This document shows, piece by piece, positions 50,198 to 60,841 of a stretch of DNA of 64,000 bases (the stretch's first letter is position 1; every line of letters begins with the position of its first letter). The notes under the pieces are model-generated. The model saw only the letters and a list, made by a program, of their open reading frames with translations. It searched no databases and was not told where the DNA came from. Position numbers and translations under genes: made by a program. The stretch is taken from the NCBI GenBank assembly GCA_963591655.1, contig CAVATZ010000001.1:15583-79582 (forward strand), read 5' to 3'. The stretch comes from Clostridiales bacterium. GTDB lineage: Bacteria; Bacillota; Clostridia; Lachnospirales; Lachnospiraceae.

Positions 50198-52846
50198 TCA
50201 GCCCAGCTGCTGGCGAACCAGCTCAGCTGCCTTGCGCAGCGCCTCAGACAGCTTGGAAGCATCCTTGCCGCCGGCCTGCGCCATGTTCGGGCGTCCGCCT
50301 CCGCCGCCGCCGACGATGGGCGCGATGGCCTTGATCAGATTTCCGGCATGGGCACCCTTCTTGATGGCTGCATCTGTTGCGGTAGCCATAATGCAGGGCT
50401 TACCCTCAACAGCAGAAGCCAGCACGATATAGGCATCACCGAACTTCTCCTTCAGCTGATCGCCCAGACTGCGGAGACCGTTCATGTCTACAGAAGGAAG
50501 CTCCTGCAGCACCACCTGGATGCCGTTGACCTCCTCTGCCTTCACCTCACCCATGGACTGGTTGGCGAGCTTTGCCTTCAGGCTCTCGTTTTCAGCCCGA
50601 AGCTCCTTCATTTCCTTCTCCAGCGCCGTGATGCGGTCTGCCAGGTGCGTTCCGTCAGTCTTCAGAAGCTGTGCCGCTGCCTTCAGAAGCTTCTCCTCCT
50701 CGGCAAAGTGCGCCATCAGTCCCTCAGAGCTCAGGGCCTCAATTCTGCGGACGCCGGCTGCCACGCCCTGCTCGGAAATGATCTTCACGAACTGGATCTC
50801 AGCGGTATTGCCCACATGAGTTCCGCCGCAAAGCTCCTTGGAGAAATCACCGATCTCCACAACGCGAACAGAATCGCCGTACTTCTCTCCGAAGAGTGCC
50901 ATAGCACCGGTCTTCTTTGCCTCCTCCAGGCTCATCACCTCGGTGATCACCGGAATGGACTTGGCAATCTCTGCATTGATCAGTGCCTCGGTCTTCTCCA
51001 GCTCCTCTGTGGTCATGGCCTGGAAGTGGGTGAAGTCGAAGCGCAGACGCTGCTCATCGTAGTAAGCACCGGCCTGCTCCACATGCTCGCCCAGCACCAG
51101 GCGCAGTGCCTTCTGCAGAAGGTGGGTTGCGGTATGGTTGCGTGCGATCAGTGCTCTTCTGTGGGCATCCACCTCCAGGGTAACGACATCGCCGTTCTGG
51201 AACATACCGGAGGTCACCACACCCACATGGCCCAGCTTACCGCCCTGCAGATGAATGGTCTCATCCACACGGAAGCTGCCGTTTGCCGTACGGATCACAC
51301 CGCTGTCGCCGGCCTGTCCGCCCATGGTGCCGTAGAAGGGGGTTTCCTCTGTGATCAGACAAGCCTTCTCGCCGTCGGTCACCGCATCAACGATCTCGTC
51401 CTCGCTCTCCTCATCCTGGGCAAGACGCACCAGTGCCGTCAGCTTGGACTCTGCGGTCAGCTGATCGTAGCCGATAAACTTCGAGCTGAGCTCTGCATCC
51501 AGCTTCTGGTAAATGTCATCACGGCCCATGTAGTTGGTAGTCTTTCTGGCCTTCCGGGCAGTTTCTCTCTGCACCTGCATGGCCTTCTGGAAGCCCTCCT
51601 CATCCACAGTGAGCTGCTTGTCCTCCAGAATCTCCCGGGTCAGATCAATGGGGAAGCCGTAGGTATCGTAAAGACGGAAGGCATCCTCGCCGGACAGCTC
51701 TGTAACGCCCTTCTCTTCCATGCTCTTCTCCAGCTCAGCCAGGATCTCCAGACCCTTATCGATGGTCTTGGCGAAGCGTTCCTCCTCCTGGTCGATCACC
51801 CGAAGGATCATGGCCTTCTTCTCCTCCAGCTCGGGGTAGCCGTCCTTGGACAGGTCGATCACCACCTGGGAAAGCTTGGTCATGAACTTGCCTTCGATGC
51901 CGAGGATACGTCCGTGACGCGCCGCACGCCGCAGGAGACGGCGGAACACATAGCCTCTTCCTTCATTAGAAGGCATGATGCCGTCGCTGGCCATAAAGGT
52001 ACAGGACTTCACATGATCTGCAATGATACGAAGAGAAACATCCTTCTGAGCATCCTCCTCATAATGACAGTGTGCCAGTGCGCCGACCTCATCCATCAGT
52101 GCCCGGTTGGTATCCACATCAAAGAGGGAAGCCACATCCTGACAAACCACAGCCAGTCTCTCGAGACCCATACCGGTATCGATATTCTTCTGGATCAGGT
52201 CGGTGTAGTTGCCCTTGCCGTCATTGTTGAACTGGGAGAATACGACGTTCCATACCTCCATGAAACGATCGCCCTCGCCGCCCATGACGTCCTCGGGACC
52301 ATTGCCCCACTTCTCGCCGCGGTCATAGTAGATCTCGGAACAGGGGCCGCAGGGACCTGCGCCGTGCTCCCAGAAGTTGTCCTCCTTGCCGAAACGGTAG
52401 ATACGGTCAGCCGGAATGCCGATCTCCTCATGCCATACCTCGAAGGCATCCTCATCATCCAGGTAGATGGACGGATAGAGGCGGTCTGCCGGAATCCCCA
52501 CACGCTCCGTCAGGAACTCCCAGGCAAAGTGGATCGCCTCGCTCTTGAAATAGTCACCGAAGGAAAAGTTGCCAAGCATCTCAAAAAAGGTGCCGTGACG
52601 AGCGGTCTTTCCGATGTTCTCGATGTCGCCGGTTCGAATACACTTCTGACAGGTGGTTACACGCCGTCTGGGCGGAATCTCCTGTCCCGTAAAGTAAGGC
52701 TTCAGCGGAGCCATACCGGAATTGATCAGAAGCAAGCTGTTGTCATTGTGAGGAACCAGCGAAAAGCTCTTCATCTTCAGATGTCCCTTTTCCTCAAAGA
52801 AATCCAGGAACATTCTTCTCAGCTCATTGACACCATATTTCTGCAT
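50198..52846 (-). CDS. alaS: Alanine--tRNA ligase
   Basis: TFFEMLGNFSFGDYFK, DTGMGLER, NHTATHLL, ELCGGTH, GGGGGRP. Confidence 0.99.
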   Translation of the reverse strand: MQKYGVNELRRMFLDFFEEKGHLKMKSFSLVPHNDNSLLLINSGMAPLKPYFTGQEIPPRRRVTTCQKCIRTGDIENIGKTARHGTFFEMLGNFSFGDYFKSEAIHFAWEFLTERVGIPADRLYPSIYLDDEDAFEVWHEEIGIPADRIYRFGKEDNFWEHGAGPCGPCSEIYYDRGEKWGNGPEDVMGGEGDRFMEVWNVVFSQFNNDGKGNYTDLIQKNIDTGMGLERLAVVCQDVASLFDVDTNRALMDEVGALAHCHYEEDAQKDVSLRIIADHVKSCTFMASDGIMPSNEGRGYVFRRLLRRAARHGRILGIEGKFMTKLSQVVIDLSKDGYPELEEKKAMILRVIDQEEERFAKTIDKGLEILAELEKSMEEKGVTELSGEDAFRLYDTYGFPIDLTREILEDKQLTVDEEGFQKAMQVQRETARKARKTTNYMGRDDIYQKLDAELSSKFIGYDQLTAESKLTALVRLAQDEESEDEIVDAVTDGEKACLITEETPFYGTMGGQAGDSGVIRTANGSFRVDETIHLQGGKLGHVGVVTSGMFQNGDVVTLEVDAHRRALIARNHTATHLLQKALRLVLGEHVEQAGAYYDEQRLRFDFTHFQAMTTEELEKTEALINAEIAKSIPVITEVMSLEEAKKTGAMALFGEKYGDSVRVVEIGDFSKELCGGTHVGNTAEIQFVKIISEQGVAAGVRRIEALSSEGLMAHFAEEEKLLKAAAQLLKTDGTHLADRITALEKEMKELRAENESLKAKLANQSMGEVKAEEVNGIQVVLQELPSVDMNGLRSLGDQLKEKFGDAYIVLASAVEGKPCIMATATDAAIKKGAHAGNLIKAIAPIVGGGGGGRPNMAQAGGKDASKLSEALRKAAELVRQQLG

Positions 52847-52936
52847 CTCAAAAATCTCCCTTGTCATAGTATTGGAATATGCGCTTTAACCTTTGAAATA
52901 TAGCATAGCTGTCCCGGTTTCGCAATCCCCGAATGC

Positions 52937-54586
52937 TCAGCGCATCCACTTATCATAGAGATTCTGCAGCTGACTGGTGAATTTTGCCAGATCCTTGTTG
53001 GCGCCGCCGTAGTTGGCCTTTACGGCACTCAGCAGCTTATTGTAGGCTGCCAGAAGCCGCTCATAGGCAGAATCCGAGGACTTCCGACGTCCGGCAATAT
53101 TCTGCTCCGCCACACTGTACCCGGCAGCATCCGCCCTGGCCTCCGCCCTCACGAACGGCACCGGCTCTGCCACGCTGATCCATTCATTGGCTGCGAGATC
53201 AAAGACAGAACCGGAATACGGGCAGTCCACCTTAAACTCCGTCTTCTGGTAAATCAGCTCCGACAGCGTTTCCATGGAGGAATCATTGCCGTGTACAAGG
53301 AATACCCGCTCCGGCCGCTTCTCATAGGCACTGATCCAGCGCAGCAGTCCGCTCTGATCCGCATGACTGGACATGGCCGGCATGGTGGCGATTTCCGCCT
53401 TCACCGCGAATTCCTCGCCGAAGAGCTTCACCGTCTCTGCGCCATCCAGCAGCTGTCTGCCCAGTGTTCCCTCCGCCTGATAACCGGCAAAGACGATGGT
53501 GCTCTCCGGGCGCCAGACATTGTGCTTGATGTGATGCCGAATCCGTCCTGCGTCGCACATGCCGGAGGCGGAAATGATGACCTTCGGGGTCTCGTCAAAA
53601 TTGATCATTTTGGATTCCTCGGAGGTGATGGACAGATTCAGCCCCTTGAAGGCAATGGGGTTGATGCCCTTCTCCACCAGCGCCCGGGTCTTATCATCAT
53701 AGCAGCCCTTCAGCTCCCGGGTGAATACGTGGGTTGCTTCCACCGCCAGCGGACTGTCCACGTACACCGGGAAGTCCTCATGCCCGTGAACCAGCTTTTC
53801 TGCCTTGATGTAACGATACAGGTAAAGGAGCTCCTGGGTGCGTCCCACCGCAAAGGCCGGCAGCACGACATTGCCGCCCCGGTCCAGCGTCCGCTGGGTA
53901 ATGTTGACGAGATCCTGCAGATGGTCCACGCTGAGGTCATGATGTCGATCCCCGTAGGTAGACTCCATGATCACATAATCCGCCTCATGAATGTACTGCG
54001 GATCCCGGATCAGAGGTTTATTGCAGTTTCCGATATCGCCGGAGAACACCAGCTTCCGCTTCACGCCGTTTTCCTCGAGATACACCTCAATGGAGGCAGA
54101 TCCCAGAAGATGCCCGGCATCAATGAAGCAAACCTCCACGCCGTCTCCCAGTTCAATTTTATGGTTATAGGGAACGCCCTTAAAATGCTCCAGTACATGG
54201 TTGGCATCGTTCAGATCATAGGCAGGAAAAACCTCCGGCAGTCCGGCCCGCTGTCCCTTCCGGTTCTTCCACTCCGCCTCCTGCATCTGAATGTGGGCAC
54301 TGTCACGCAACATAATCTCCGCCAGAGAAGCCGTAGCTGTGGTACAAAGCACCGTGCCGCTGAAGCCGTTTTTATACGCATAAGGAATCATGCCCGCATG
54401 ATCAATATGGGCATGGGTCAGCAGAATATAGTCCAGATCCGAATACTTCAGAGGCATGGGCGCATTCTGATACATGTCTCTTCCCTGTTCCATGCCGCAG
54501 TCAACGGCGATGTTCAGTCCGCAGGCCTCCAAAAGATGCAGTGAACCGGTAACCTCATGATCCGCCCCTATAAACGATAGTCTCAT
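52937..54586 (-). CDS. MBL-fold beta-CASP ribonuclease
   Basis: EVTGS, THAHIDH, GHLLGSA, ESTYGDR, FAVGRTQE, SGMC.AGR..HH, SSHAD. Confidence 0.93.
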   Translation of the reverse strand: MRLSFIGADHEVTGSLHLLEACGLNIAVDCGMEQGRDMYQNAPMPLKYSDLDYILLTHAHIDHAGMIPYAYKNGFSGTVLCTTATASLAEIMLRDSAHIQMQEAEWKNRKGQRAGLPEVFPAYDLNDANHVLEHFKGVPYNHKIELGDGVEVCFIDAGHLLGSASIEVYLEENGVKRKLVFSGDIGNCNKPLIRDPQYIHEADYVIMESTYGDRHHDLSVDHLQDLVNITQRTLDRGGNVVLPAFAVGRTQELLYLYRYIKAEKLVHGHEDFPVYVDSPLAVEATHVFTRELKGCYDDKTRALVEKGINPIAFKGLNLSITSEESKMINFDETPKVIISASGMCDAGRIRHHIKHNVWRPESTIVFAGYQAEGTLGRQLLDGAETVKLFGEEFAVKAEIATMPAMSSHADQSGLLRWISAYEKRPERVFLVHGNDSSMETLSELIYQKTEFKVDCPYSGSVFDLAANEWISVAEPVPFVRAEARADAAGYSVAEQNIAGRRKSSDSAYERLLAAYNKLLSAVKANYGGANKDLAKFTSQLQNLYDKWMR

Positions 54587-54804
54587 AGCTTCCTCCTGAT
54601 TCTCTCCGCGCCCCGATCGCAGAGGACAATGTCTTCGGTTCTTCTTTTCCATCTGTGCGCACATTTTTTCTATGCAGCATTTTTGGTGGAAATTTCTTCT
54701 ATAATTAAAGTATAGCAGAAAATCGCAAAAAAACCATAAACAAAAACGAGCTGCCCGTACATTTCTGCACGAACAGCCCGTTTGAAGCCGAAAACATTAT
54801 CCAA

Positions 54805-55518
54805 CTATTCTGACAGATACGCTGCCTTGACCTTGGGATCGTTGGCGAGATCCTGGGCCTTGCCCTCAATGGTGATCTTGCCGGTCTCCAGTACATAGGC
54901 GCGATCCGCAATGGCCAGCGCCTTGTTGGCATTCTGCTCCACCAGCAGCACCGTCACGCCGCTCTGGTGGATCTTGTTGATGATGTCGAAAATCTCATTT
55001 ACATAAATGGGGGAAAGACCCATGGAGGGCTCATCCATGACAATCATCTCCGGCTTGGACATCAGTGCCCGGCCCATGGCCAGCATCTGCTGCTCACCGC
55101 CGGACAGTGTGCCCGCCAGCTGGTTCTTTCTCTCTTCCAGACGAGGAAAATGATGGTAAACCATCTTGATGCTTTCCTCGATCTCCGCCTTGTCGCTGCG
55201 GGTGAAGGCTCCCAGCATCAGGTTCTGATAAACGCTCAGCTGGGCGAAAACCCGGCGTCCCTCAGGCACATGGGCCAGTCCCTGCTTCACCAGAGCATGG
55301 CCGGGCACATGGGTGATTTCCTTCCCGTCATAGAAAACATGACCGGAGCGCGCCGGAATCAAACCGGTGATGGTCTGTAGCGTGGTGGTCTTGCCGGCAC
55401 CGTTGGCACCGATGAGGGTCACGATCTCACCCTTTTCCACATGGAAGGAGATGCCCTTCAGCGCCTGGATGACGCCGTAATATACATTCAAATCCTGAAC
55501 ATCCAAAATTGTGCTCAT
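54805..55518 (-). CDS. livF: Branched-chain amino acid ABC ATPase
   Basis: GANGAGKT, VPEGRRVF, LSGGEQQMLA, DEPSMGL. Confidence 0.93.
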   Translation of the reverse strand: MSTILDVQDLNVYYGVIQALKGISFHVEKGEIVTLIGANGAGKTTTLQTITGLIPARSGHVFYDGKEITHVPGHALVKQGLAHVPEGRRVFAQLSVYQNLMLGAFTRSDKAEIEESIKMVYHHFPRLEERKNQLAGTLSGGEQQMLAMGRALMSKPEMIVMDEPSMGLSPIYVNEIFDIINKIHQSGVTVLLVEQNANKALAIADRAYVLETGKITIEGKAQDLANDPKVKAAYLSE

Positions 55519-55528
55519 CTCTTCCTCC

Positions 55529-56287
55529 TTAATCACCGAGATATGCCTTGATGACCTCGGGGTCATGCAGCACCTCTGCCGTAGGTCCCTGCTTCAGCAC
55601 CTGACCGAAATTCAGCACCGTCAGGCGGTCGCAGATACCGGACACCAGCTTCATATCATGCTCGATGAGCAGGATGGTCATGTCAAAGTGATCCCGCACA
55701 AATCGGATGGTGTTCATCAGCTCCTCGGTCTCATTGGGATTCATGCCGGCTGCCGGCTCATCCAGAAGCAGCAGCTTCGGATCCGTGGCCAACGCCCGGG
55801 CGATCTCCAGCTTTCTCTGCTGACCGTAGGGCAGGTTGGAGGCCTTGTAATCCGCAAACACATCCAGGCCAAACACCTTCAGAAGCTCCATGGCACGCGC
55901 ATCCATCTCGCGCTCCACCTTATGAAACTTCGGTGTCCGCAGAATGCCGTCCAGCGTAGAATAGCAATGGTGATTGTGCAGGCCGGCCTTTACATTGTCC
56001 AGCACAGACAGTTGTCCGAAGAGACGGATATTCTGGAAGGTTCTGGCAATGCCGCGCTTGTTGATTTCCACACAGGGAAGACCGGTAATGTCGTCATTGT
56101 CCAGAATAATTTTTCCAGTGGTCGGCTGATACACACCGGTAAGCAGGTTGAATACGGTGGTCTTTCCGGCGCCGTTGGGGCCGATCAGGCCGTAGAGTTC
56201 ATTCTTCTCGATCTGTACATTAAAATTGTCCACGGCCTTCAGACCGCCGAAGTTAATGCCGAGCGTATTTACATCCAAAATTGCCAT
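55529..56287 (-). CDS. livG: Branched-chain amino acid ABC ATPase
   Basis: FGGLKAV, GPNGAGKT, RTFQNIRLF, LPYGQQR, DEPAAG. Confidence 0.93.
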   Translation of the reverse strand: MAILDVNTLGINFGGLKAVDNFNVQIEKNELYGLIGPNGAGKTTVFNLLTGVYQPTTGKIILDNDDITGLPCVEINKRGIARTFQNIRLFGQLSVLDNVKAGLHNHHCYSTLDGILRTPKFHKVEREMDARAMELLKVFGLDVFADYKASNLPYGQQRKLEIARALATDPKLLLLDEPAAGMNPNETEELMNTIRFVRDHFDMTILLIEHDMKLVSGICDRLTVLNFGQVLKQGPTAEVLHDPEVIKAYLGD

Positions 56288-56288
56288 A

Positions 56289-57389
56289 TCAGTTCTGCTC
56301 CTTTCCGTCCTTCTTCTGCTCCTTCCGGAAGCGCAGCAGAATCCGCTCACGCATCTGGATCCAGCTGGGCGCAGAGGTAAACAGCATCATCAGGATCAGG
56401 AAGATCGCGTAGATCAGCATACGATAATCATTCAGAGAACGCAGCATCTCCGGCAGGAGGGTCAATACCACAGCCGCAATCACGGAGCCGCGCATATTGC
56501 CGATACCGCCCAGTACCACAAATACCAGAATCATGATGGACTGGTTGTAGCCGAAGTTCTTCGGCAGCGCCTGCAGGGAGCTCAGGTTATGGGCATAGAG
56601 CACACCGCCGACACCGGCAATCGCCGCAGAAATGGTGAACGCCAGGAGCTTAAAGCGTGTGGGGTTCAGACCGATGGACTCCGCCGCGATGCGGTTGTCA
56701 CGGATGGCCATGATGGCCCGTCCGGTTCTGGAATGCATCAGGTTCAGGACAATAAACAGGGAAATCAGCAGGATCACCACACCGATGGTAAAGGTAGACA
56801 TCTTCGGCGCACCGGTGATACCCTGGGCGCCCTTGATGATGATGGTTCCGCTCTTCTCCATCCCCAGTGAGGTGCTGTCCTTCAGAGAGAAATGGGGACC
56901 GTTGGAGTCCACGCCGAAATACAGCGCATTGATGATGTTCTTGATGATTTCACCGAAGGCAAGGGTTACGATCGCCAGATAGTCGCCCTTCAGGCGAAGC
57001 ACCGGGATACCGATGAGGAATCCGAAAACCGCAGCCGTCACCGCACCGATGAGGATGGCGATAACGAAGCTGAGGAGCTCCGGCATACCGCTGCCCTTCA
57101 TGAGCATGGACCAGGTTGCCGAAGAAAAGGCACCCAGACACATAAAGCCCGCATGACCCAGAGAAAGCTCTCCGGAGATACCCACCACCAGATTCAGGCT
57201 GACCGCCATGATGGAATAGGTACAAAGCGGAACCAGCAGTCCCTTCATCAGGGAATTCACATGTCCTGTCTGAAGCAGAATCTCCACAACCACATAAGCG
57301 AGGATCACCATGCCGAAGGTAATGGCATTGGAACGAAGCTCTCTGGCCTTGGCCGATGACATATTCATTTCTTTTTTTGCTTTACTCAT
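56289..57389 (-). CDS. livM: Branched-chain amino acid ABC permease
   Basis: SLGHAGF, RLKGDYLAIVTLAFGEI, GRA..AIRDN. Confidence 0.93.
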   Translation of the reverse strand: MSKAKKEMNMSSAKARELRSNAITFGMVILAYVVVEILLQTGHVNSLMKGLLVPLCTYSIMAVSLNLVVGISGELSLGHAGFMCLGAFSSATWSMLMKGSGMPELLSFVIAILIGAVTAAVFGFLIGIPVLRLKGDYLAIVTLAFGEIIKNIINALYFGVDSNGPHFSLKDSTSLGMEKSGTIIIKGAQGITGAPKMSTFTIGVVILLISLFIVLNLMHSRTGRAIMAIRDNRIAAESIGLNPTRFKLLAFTISAAIAGVGGVLYAHNLSSLQALPKNFGYNQSIMILVFVVLGGIGNMRGSVIAAVVLTLLPEMLRSLNDYRMLIYAIFLILMMLFTSAPSWIQMRERILLRFRKEQKKDGKEQN

Positions 57390-57395
57390 AAGGCC

Positions 57396-58280
57396 TCACA
57401 CTTTCTCCATGATTTTCTTTCCGAGGATGCCTGTCGGCTTTACCAGCAGTACAATGATCAGCACAGAAAATACGATGGCATCCGAAAGCTTTGAAGAAAT
57501 ATAGGCCTTCGAAAGATTTTCCAGAACACCCAGGATGATACCGCCGATGAAGGCTCCCGGAATGGAACCGATACCGCCGAGCACGGCTGCCACGAAAGCC
57601 TTGATGCCGGGCATGGCACCGGTGGTCGGTGTCAATGTCGGATAGGCGGAGCAAAGCAGTATGCCCGCAATGGCCGCGAGAGCCGAACCGATAGCGAAGG
57701 TCATGGCAATGGTGCTGTTGACATTGACGCCCATCAGCGTGGCCGCACCCTTATCCTCGGAAACCGCCAGCATTGCCTGTCCCATCTTGGTCTTGTTGAT
57801 AAAGGCCAGCAGTGCGAGAACAATCACGATGCAGGTGATGATGGTCACAATGGTCTCGCCGGAAATGGTCAGGGCACCGCCTGCCAGATGCAGCGGCTGC
57901 AGCGGTACGAAGGAGCTGAAGCTCTTGGGATTCGCACTGAAGAGAAGCAGCGCCAGATTCTGAAGAAGATAGGAAACACCAATGGCGGTAATGAGCACCG
58001 ACAGAGAGTTGGCCTGACGCAGGGGCTTGTAGGCCACCCGCTCAATCAGCATGCCCAGCACTGTACAGACAACCACAGACACCAGTACGGCAAGGGGAAT
58101 CGGCAGACCCAGGTTATTAAAGGCAATAAATGCCGCATAGCCTCCCACCATCAGAATATCGCCATGTGCGAAATTCAACATCTTGGCAATACCATATACC
58201 ATTGTGTAGCCCAGTGCGATAATCGCATATACCGAACCGAGACTGACACCACTCAGCAAGTATGAAATAAAACTCATCAT
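57396..58280 (-). CDS. livH: Branched-chain amino acid ABC permease
   Basis: GSVYA.IALGYTMVYG...LNFAHG, KAFVAAVLGGIG. Confidence 0.93.
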   Translation of the reverse strand: MMSFISYLLSGVSLGSVYAIIALGYTMVYGIAKMLNFAHGDILMVGGYAAFIAFNNLGLPIPLAVLVSVVVCTVLGMLIERVAYKPLRQANSLSVLITAIGVSYLLQNLALLLFSANPKSFSSFVPLQPLHLAGGALTISGETIVTIITCIVIVLALLAFINKTKMGQAMLAVSEDKGAATLMGVNVNSTIAMTFAIGSALAAIAGILLCSAYPTLTPTTGAMPGIKAFVAAVLGGIGSIPGAFIGGIILGVLENLSKAYISSKLSDAIVFSVLIIVLLVKPTGILGKKIMEKV

Positions 58281-58342
58281 CTTTGCACCCCTCGTGCTTC
58301 CTATATTTTCCAAAACAAACCAACATGCCGCCATAAAGCCGA

Positions 58343-58373
58343 AAAAGGGCTGCTTTTTCAAGCAACCCTTTTT
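58343..58373 (-). terminator. Hairpin between binding-protein and permease genes (partial terminator or mRNA stabiliser)
   Basis: aaaagggctgctt/aagcaaccctttt inverted repeat. Confidence 0.65.
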
Positions 58374-58399
58374 GCTCACTTTATTTCATTGTCTTCTGA

Positions 58400-59620
58400 T
58401 TACTCAGCAGATACGTAAGCGCCATCCTGGATCACAACGGCCTTCGGTGTCTTATCCACGTCGCCGCCTTCATTCCAGGTCATGCCCTCACCGGTCAGAC
58501 CATCGTAGGTGATCTCTGTCATAGCCTGCTCCATAGCAGTGCCAATCTCGTCAACAGACATAGACGGATCAAGGTTTGCCTTCTCAGCAGCTTCCTTGAT
58601 GATGTAAGCAGCATCATAAGCATCTGCAGCAAACTGGATCGGTGTCTCACCGTACTGTGCCTCGTAGTTCTTTACGAAGTTCTGGGTCAAATCATCCTCA
58701 GCGTCCGGCGCGAACGGTGTCAGGAGCATCAGGCCCTCAGCCAGAGAAGTATCAAAGTTCTCAACGTTCAGGATACCATCCATGCCGTCGCAACCGAAGA
58801 ATGTCGGCTGGAAGCCCATGGTGTTGGCCTGGGTCAGAACCAGAGCAGCCTCTGTGTAGTAGAACGGAAGGAATACAAGCTCAGCGCCGGCATCCTTCAT
58901 CTTCTGCAGCTGTGTGGAGAAGTCCTTGTTGGAATCTGCTGTGAACTGCTCATCAGCCACAACCTCGATGCCCTGGTTCGGTGCTTCCTCTACAAAAGCA
59001 TCATGGATGCCGGAGGAATAAACGTCAGAGGAATCATAGATGATACCAACCTTCTCAGCCAGCTTATGCTCGCCGATGTACTGTGCAGACTTGGTTCCCT
59101 GTGCCGGGTCAGAGAAGCATACACGGAACGCGTTCTTCTCAGCGGTGCAGTCTACTGCAGAGCCTGACGGGGAAATCATGAACAGATTGTCGTTAGCAGC
59201 CTCAGTTGCTACAGCGATGGTCGGCGCAGAAGTGGTCGGTCCGATGAGCATCTGCATGCCCCAGTCCTTCAGGGAGTTGAATGCATTGACCGCCTTCTCC
59301 TGATCGTGCTCGTCATCGGCCTTCTTGTACTCTACCTGATAGCCGTTGATGCCGCCTGCCTCATTGATCTCGTTGATGGCCAGCTCAGCACCGTTTACAA
59401 CGGCTGTACCGTATACAGCTGCACCGCCGGTCAGAGGTCCCTGGCCGCCGATCTTCCAGGTAAGGCTGCCGTCCTTTTCCTCGGAGCTGCTTGCCTCACC
59501 GGCTGCTGCTGTCTCACCTGCTGCTGCAGTGGTTGCTGTGCTTGTGGATGAAGATGAACCGCAGGCTGCAAGAGATACTACCATTGCAGCTGCCATGCTT
59601 GCGCTGATTAACTTTTTCAT
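58400..59620 (-). CDS. Branched-chain amino acid ABC substrate-binding lipoprotein (LivJ/K-like)
   Basis: LAAC lipobox; PLTG.AAVYG, EINEAGGING, FRVCF.D..QG. Confidence 0.92.
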   Translation of the reverse strand: MKKLISASMAAAMVVSLAACGSSSSTSTATTAAAGETAAAGEASSSEEKDGSLTWKIGGQGPLTGGAAVYGTAVVNGAELAINEINEAGGINGYQVEYKKADDEHDQEKAVNAFNSLKDWGMQMLIGPTTSAPTIAVATEAANDNLFMISPSGSAVDCTAEKNAFRVCFSDPAQGTKSAQYIGEHKLAEKVGIIYDSSDVYSSGIHDAFVEEAPNQGIEVVADEQFTADSNKDFSTQLQKMKDAGAELVFLPFYYTEAALVLTQANTMGFQPTFFGCDGMDGILNVENFDTSLAEGLMLLTPFAPDAEDDLTQNFVKNYEAQYGETPIQFAADAYDAAYIIKEAAEKANLDPSMSVDEIGTAMEQAMTEITYDGLTGEGMTWNEGGDVDKTPKAVVIQDGAYVSAE

Positions 59621-59670
59621 AATATTTTCCTCCTAAACCTCCAGGACAATGCATCCTGAAACTGTTCCAT

Positions 59671-59700
59671 ATTATAGGGCAGGCAAAAGCGTATTGTCAA
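59671..59700 (-). promoter_or_regulatory. Consensus sigma-A promoter of the liv operon
   Basis: TTGACA, 18 bp, TATAAT. Confidence 0.8.
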
Positions 59701-59788
59701 CGTATTTGATAACATTTCAGAAGCTTTTGCATTTCCGATATTCGAATATGTTATATCAGCACCCATTTTTCGGTTATGGAAAATGTTT

Positions 59789-60796
59789 TTATTCTGTATA
59801 CGCCACACCGCTGCTCTCCGCCCGCTTACCCCGCTGCATAAGCTCATTCACAGCTTCCCGGGGAGATTTGTTTTCGAAGAGAACCGCATTCACCTGCTCC
59901 ACGATAGGCATGGACACCGCATATTTCCGGGAAAGCTCCAAGCCGGCCTTTGCCGCATAGACGCCCTCTACGATCTGCCCCACCTCCTGCATGGCTTCCT
60001 GATAGCTCTTCCCCTCACCGATGAGGATGCCGGCCCGCCGATTCCGGGAATGCATGGAAGCACAGGTCACGATCAGGTCGCCGATGCCGGACAGGCCCCC
60101 AAAGGTTTCCAGCTTGCAGCCCATCTTTACACCCAGCCGCGTGATTTCCGCAATACCCCGGGTAATGAGGGCTGCCTTCGTATTGTCTCCGTAGCCCAGG
60201 CCATCCGCAATGCCCGCTGCCAGTGCGATGACGTTCTTCAGCGCCGCACCGATCTCAATGCCCTTCATATCCGCATTGATGTATACACGGAAGCTGGGCT
60301 GCATGAAAGCATCCTGAATTTTTCGAGCCGTTGCCTCGGAATGGGCTGAGGTCACAATGGTGGTGGGGATCAGCCGGGAAACCTCCTCCGCATGGGAGGG
60401 ACCGGACAGGACCGCCACATCCGCCTGGGGAAGCACCTCCTCCAGAATGTCTGTCATGGTCATCATGCTCCCCTCTTCGATGCCCTTCGCCACAGAAACC
60501 AGAATCTGTCCCTCCTTAACATAGGGCTTCATCTCCTCCGCCGTACTCCTAATATATATAGAAGGAACTGCCATCACCAGCAGCTCACTTTCCTGCACCA
60601 CCTGCTGCAGATTACTTGAATACTGCATAGAATCCGGCAGCACAGCACCCGGCAGATTCTTATGCTGATGAGTTTCCTGCAAAGCGGTCAGCTCCGCCTC
60701 GAACTTCGACCAAATGCATACCTCATGTCCGTTTCGATTCAGAATAATTGCCAGTGCGGTACCCCAGGTACCCGCTCCAATGATTCCAGCCTTCAT
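59789..60796 (-). CDS. gpsA: NAD(P)H-dependent glycerol-3-phosphate dehydrogenase
   Basis: GAGTWGTALA, SGPSHAEEV, GAALKNVIA, GDLIVTC.S.HSRN. Confidence 0.97.
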   Translation of the reverse strand: MKAGIIGAGTWGTALAIILNRNGHEVCIWSKFEAELTALQETHQHKNLPGAVLPDSMQYSSNLQQVVQESELLVMAVPSIYIRSTAEEMKPYVKEGQILVSVAKGIEEGSMMTMTDILEEVLPQADVAVLSGPSHAEEVSRLIPTTIVTSAHSEATARKIQDAFMQPSFRVYINADMKGIEIGAALKNVIALAAGIADGLGYGDNTKAALITRGIAEITRLGVKMGCKLETFGGLSGIGDLIVTCASMHSRNRRAGILIGEGKSYQEAMQEVGQIVEGVYAAKAGLELSRKYAVSMPIVEQVNAVLFENKSPREAVNELMQRGKRAESSGVAYTE

Positions 60797-60841
60797 AGTT
60801 TCTTCTCCTTCTTCTAAGAAAGGCAGGCCGAAGCCTGCCTG

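Noticed and set aside
50126..52903. 925-aa plus-strand ORF, and similar long ORFs at 18046-19992, 26349-28391, 33943-35538 and 48166-49767
   Set aside because: Antisense shadows of well-supported genes (alaS, topA, dnaE, rnr/secG, phoH) with no motifs; expected from codon bias in GC-rich DNA.
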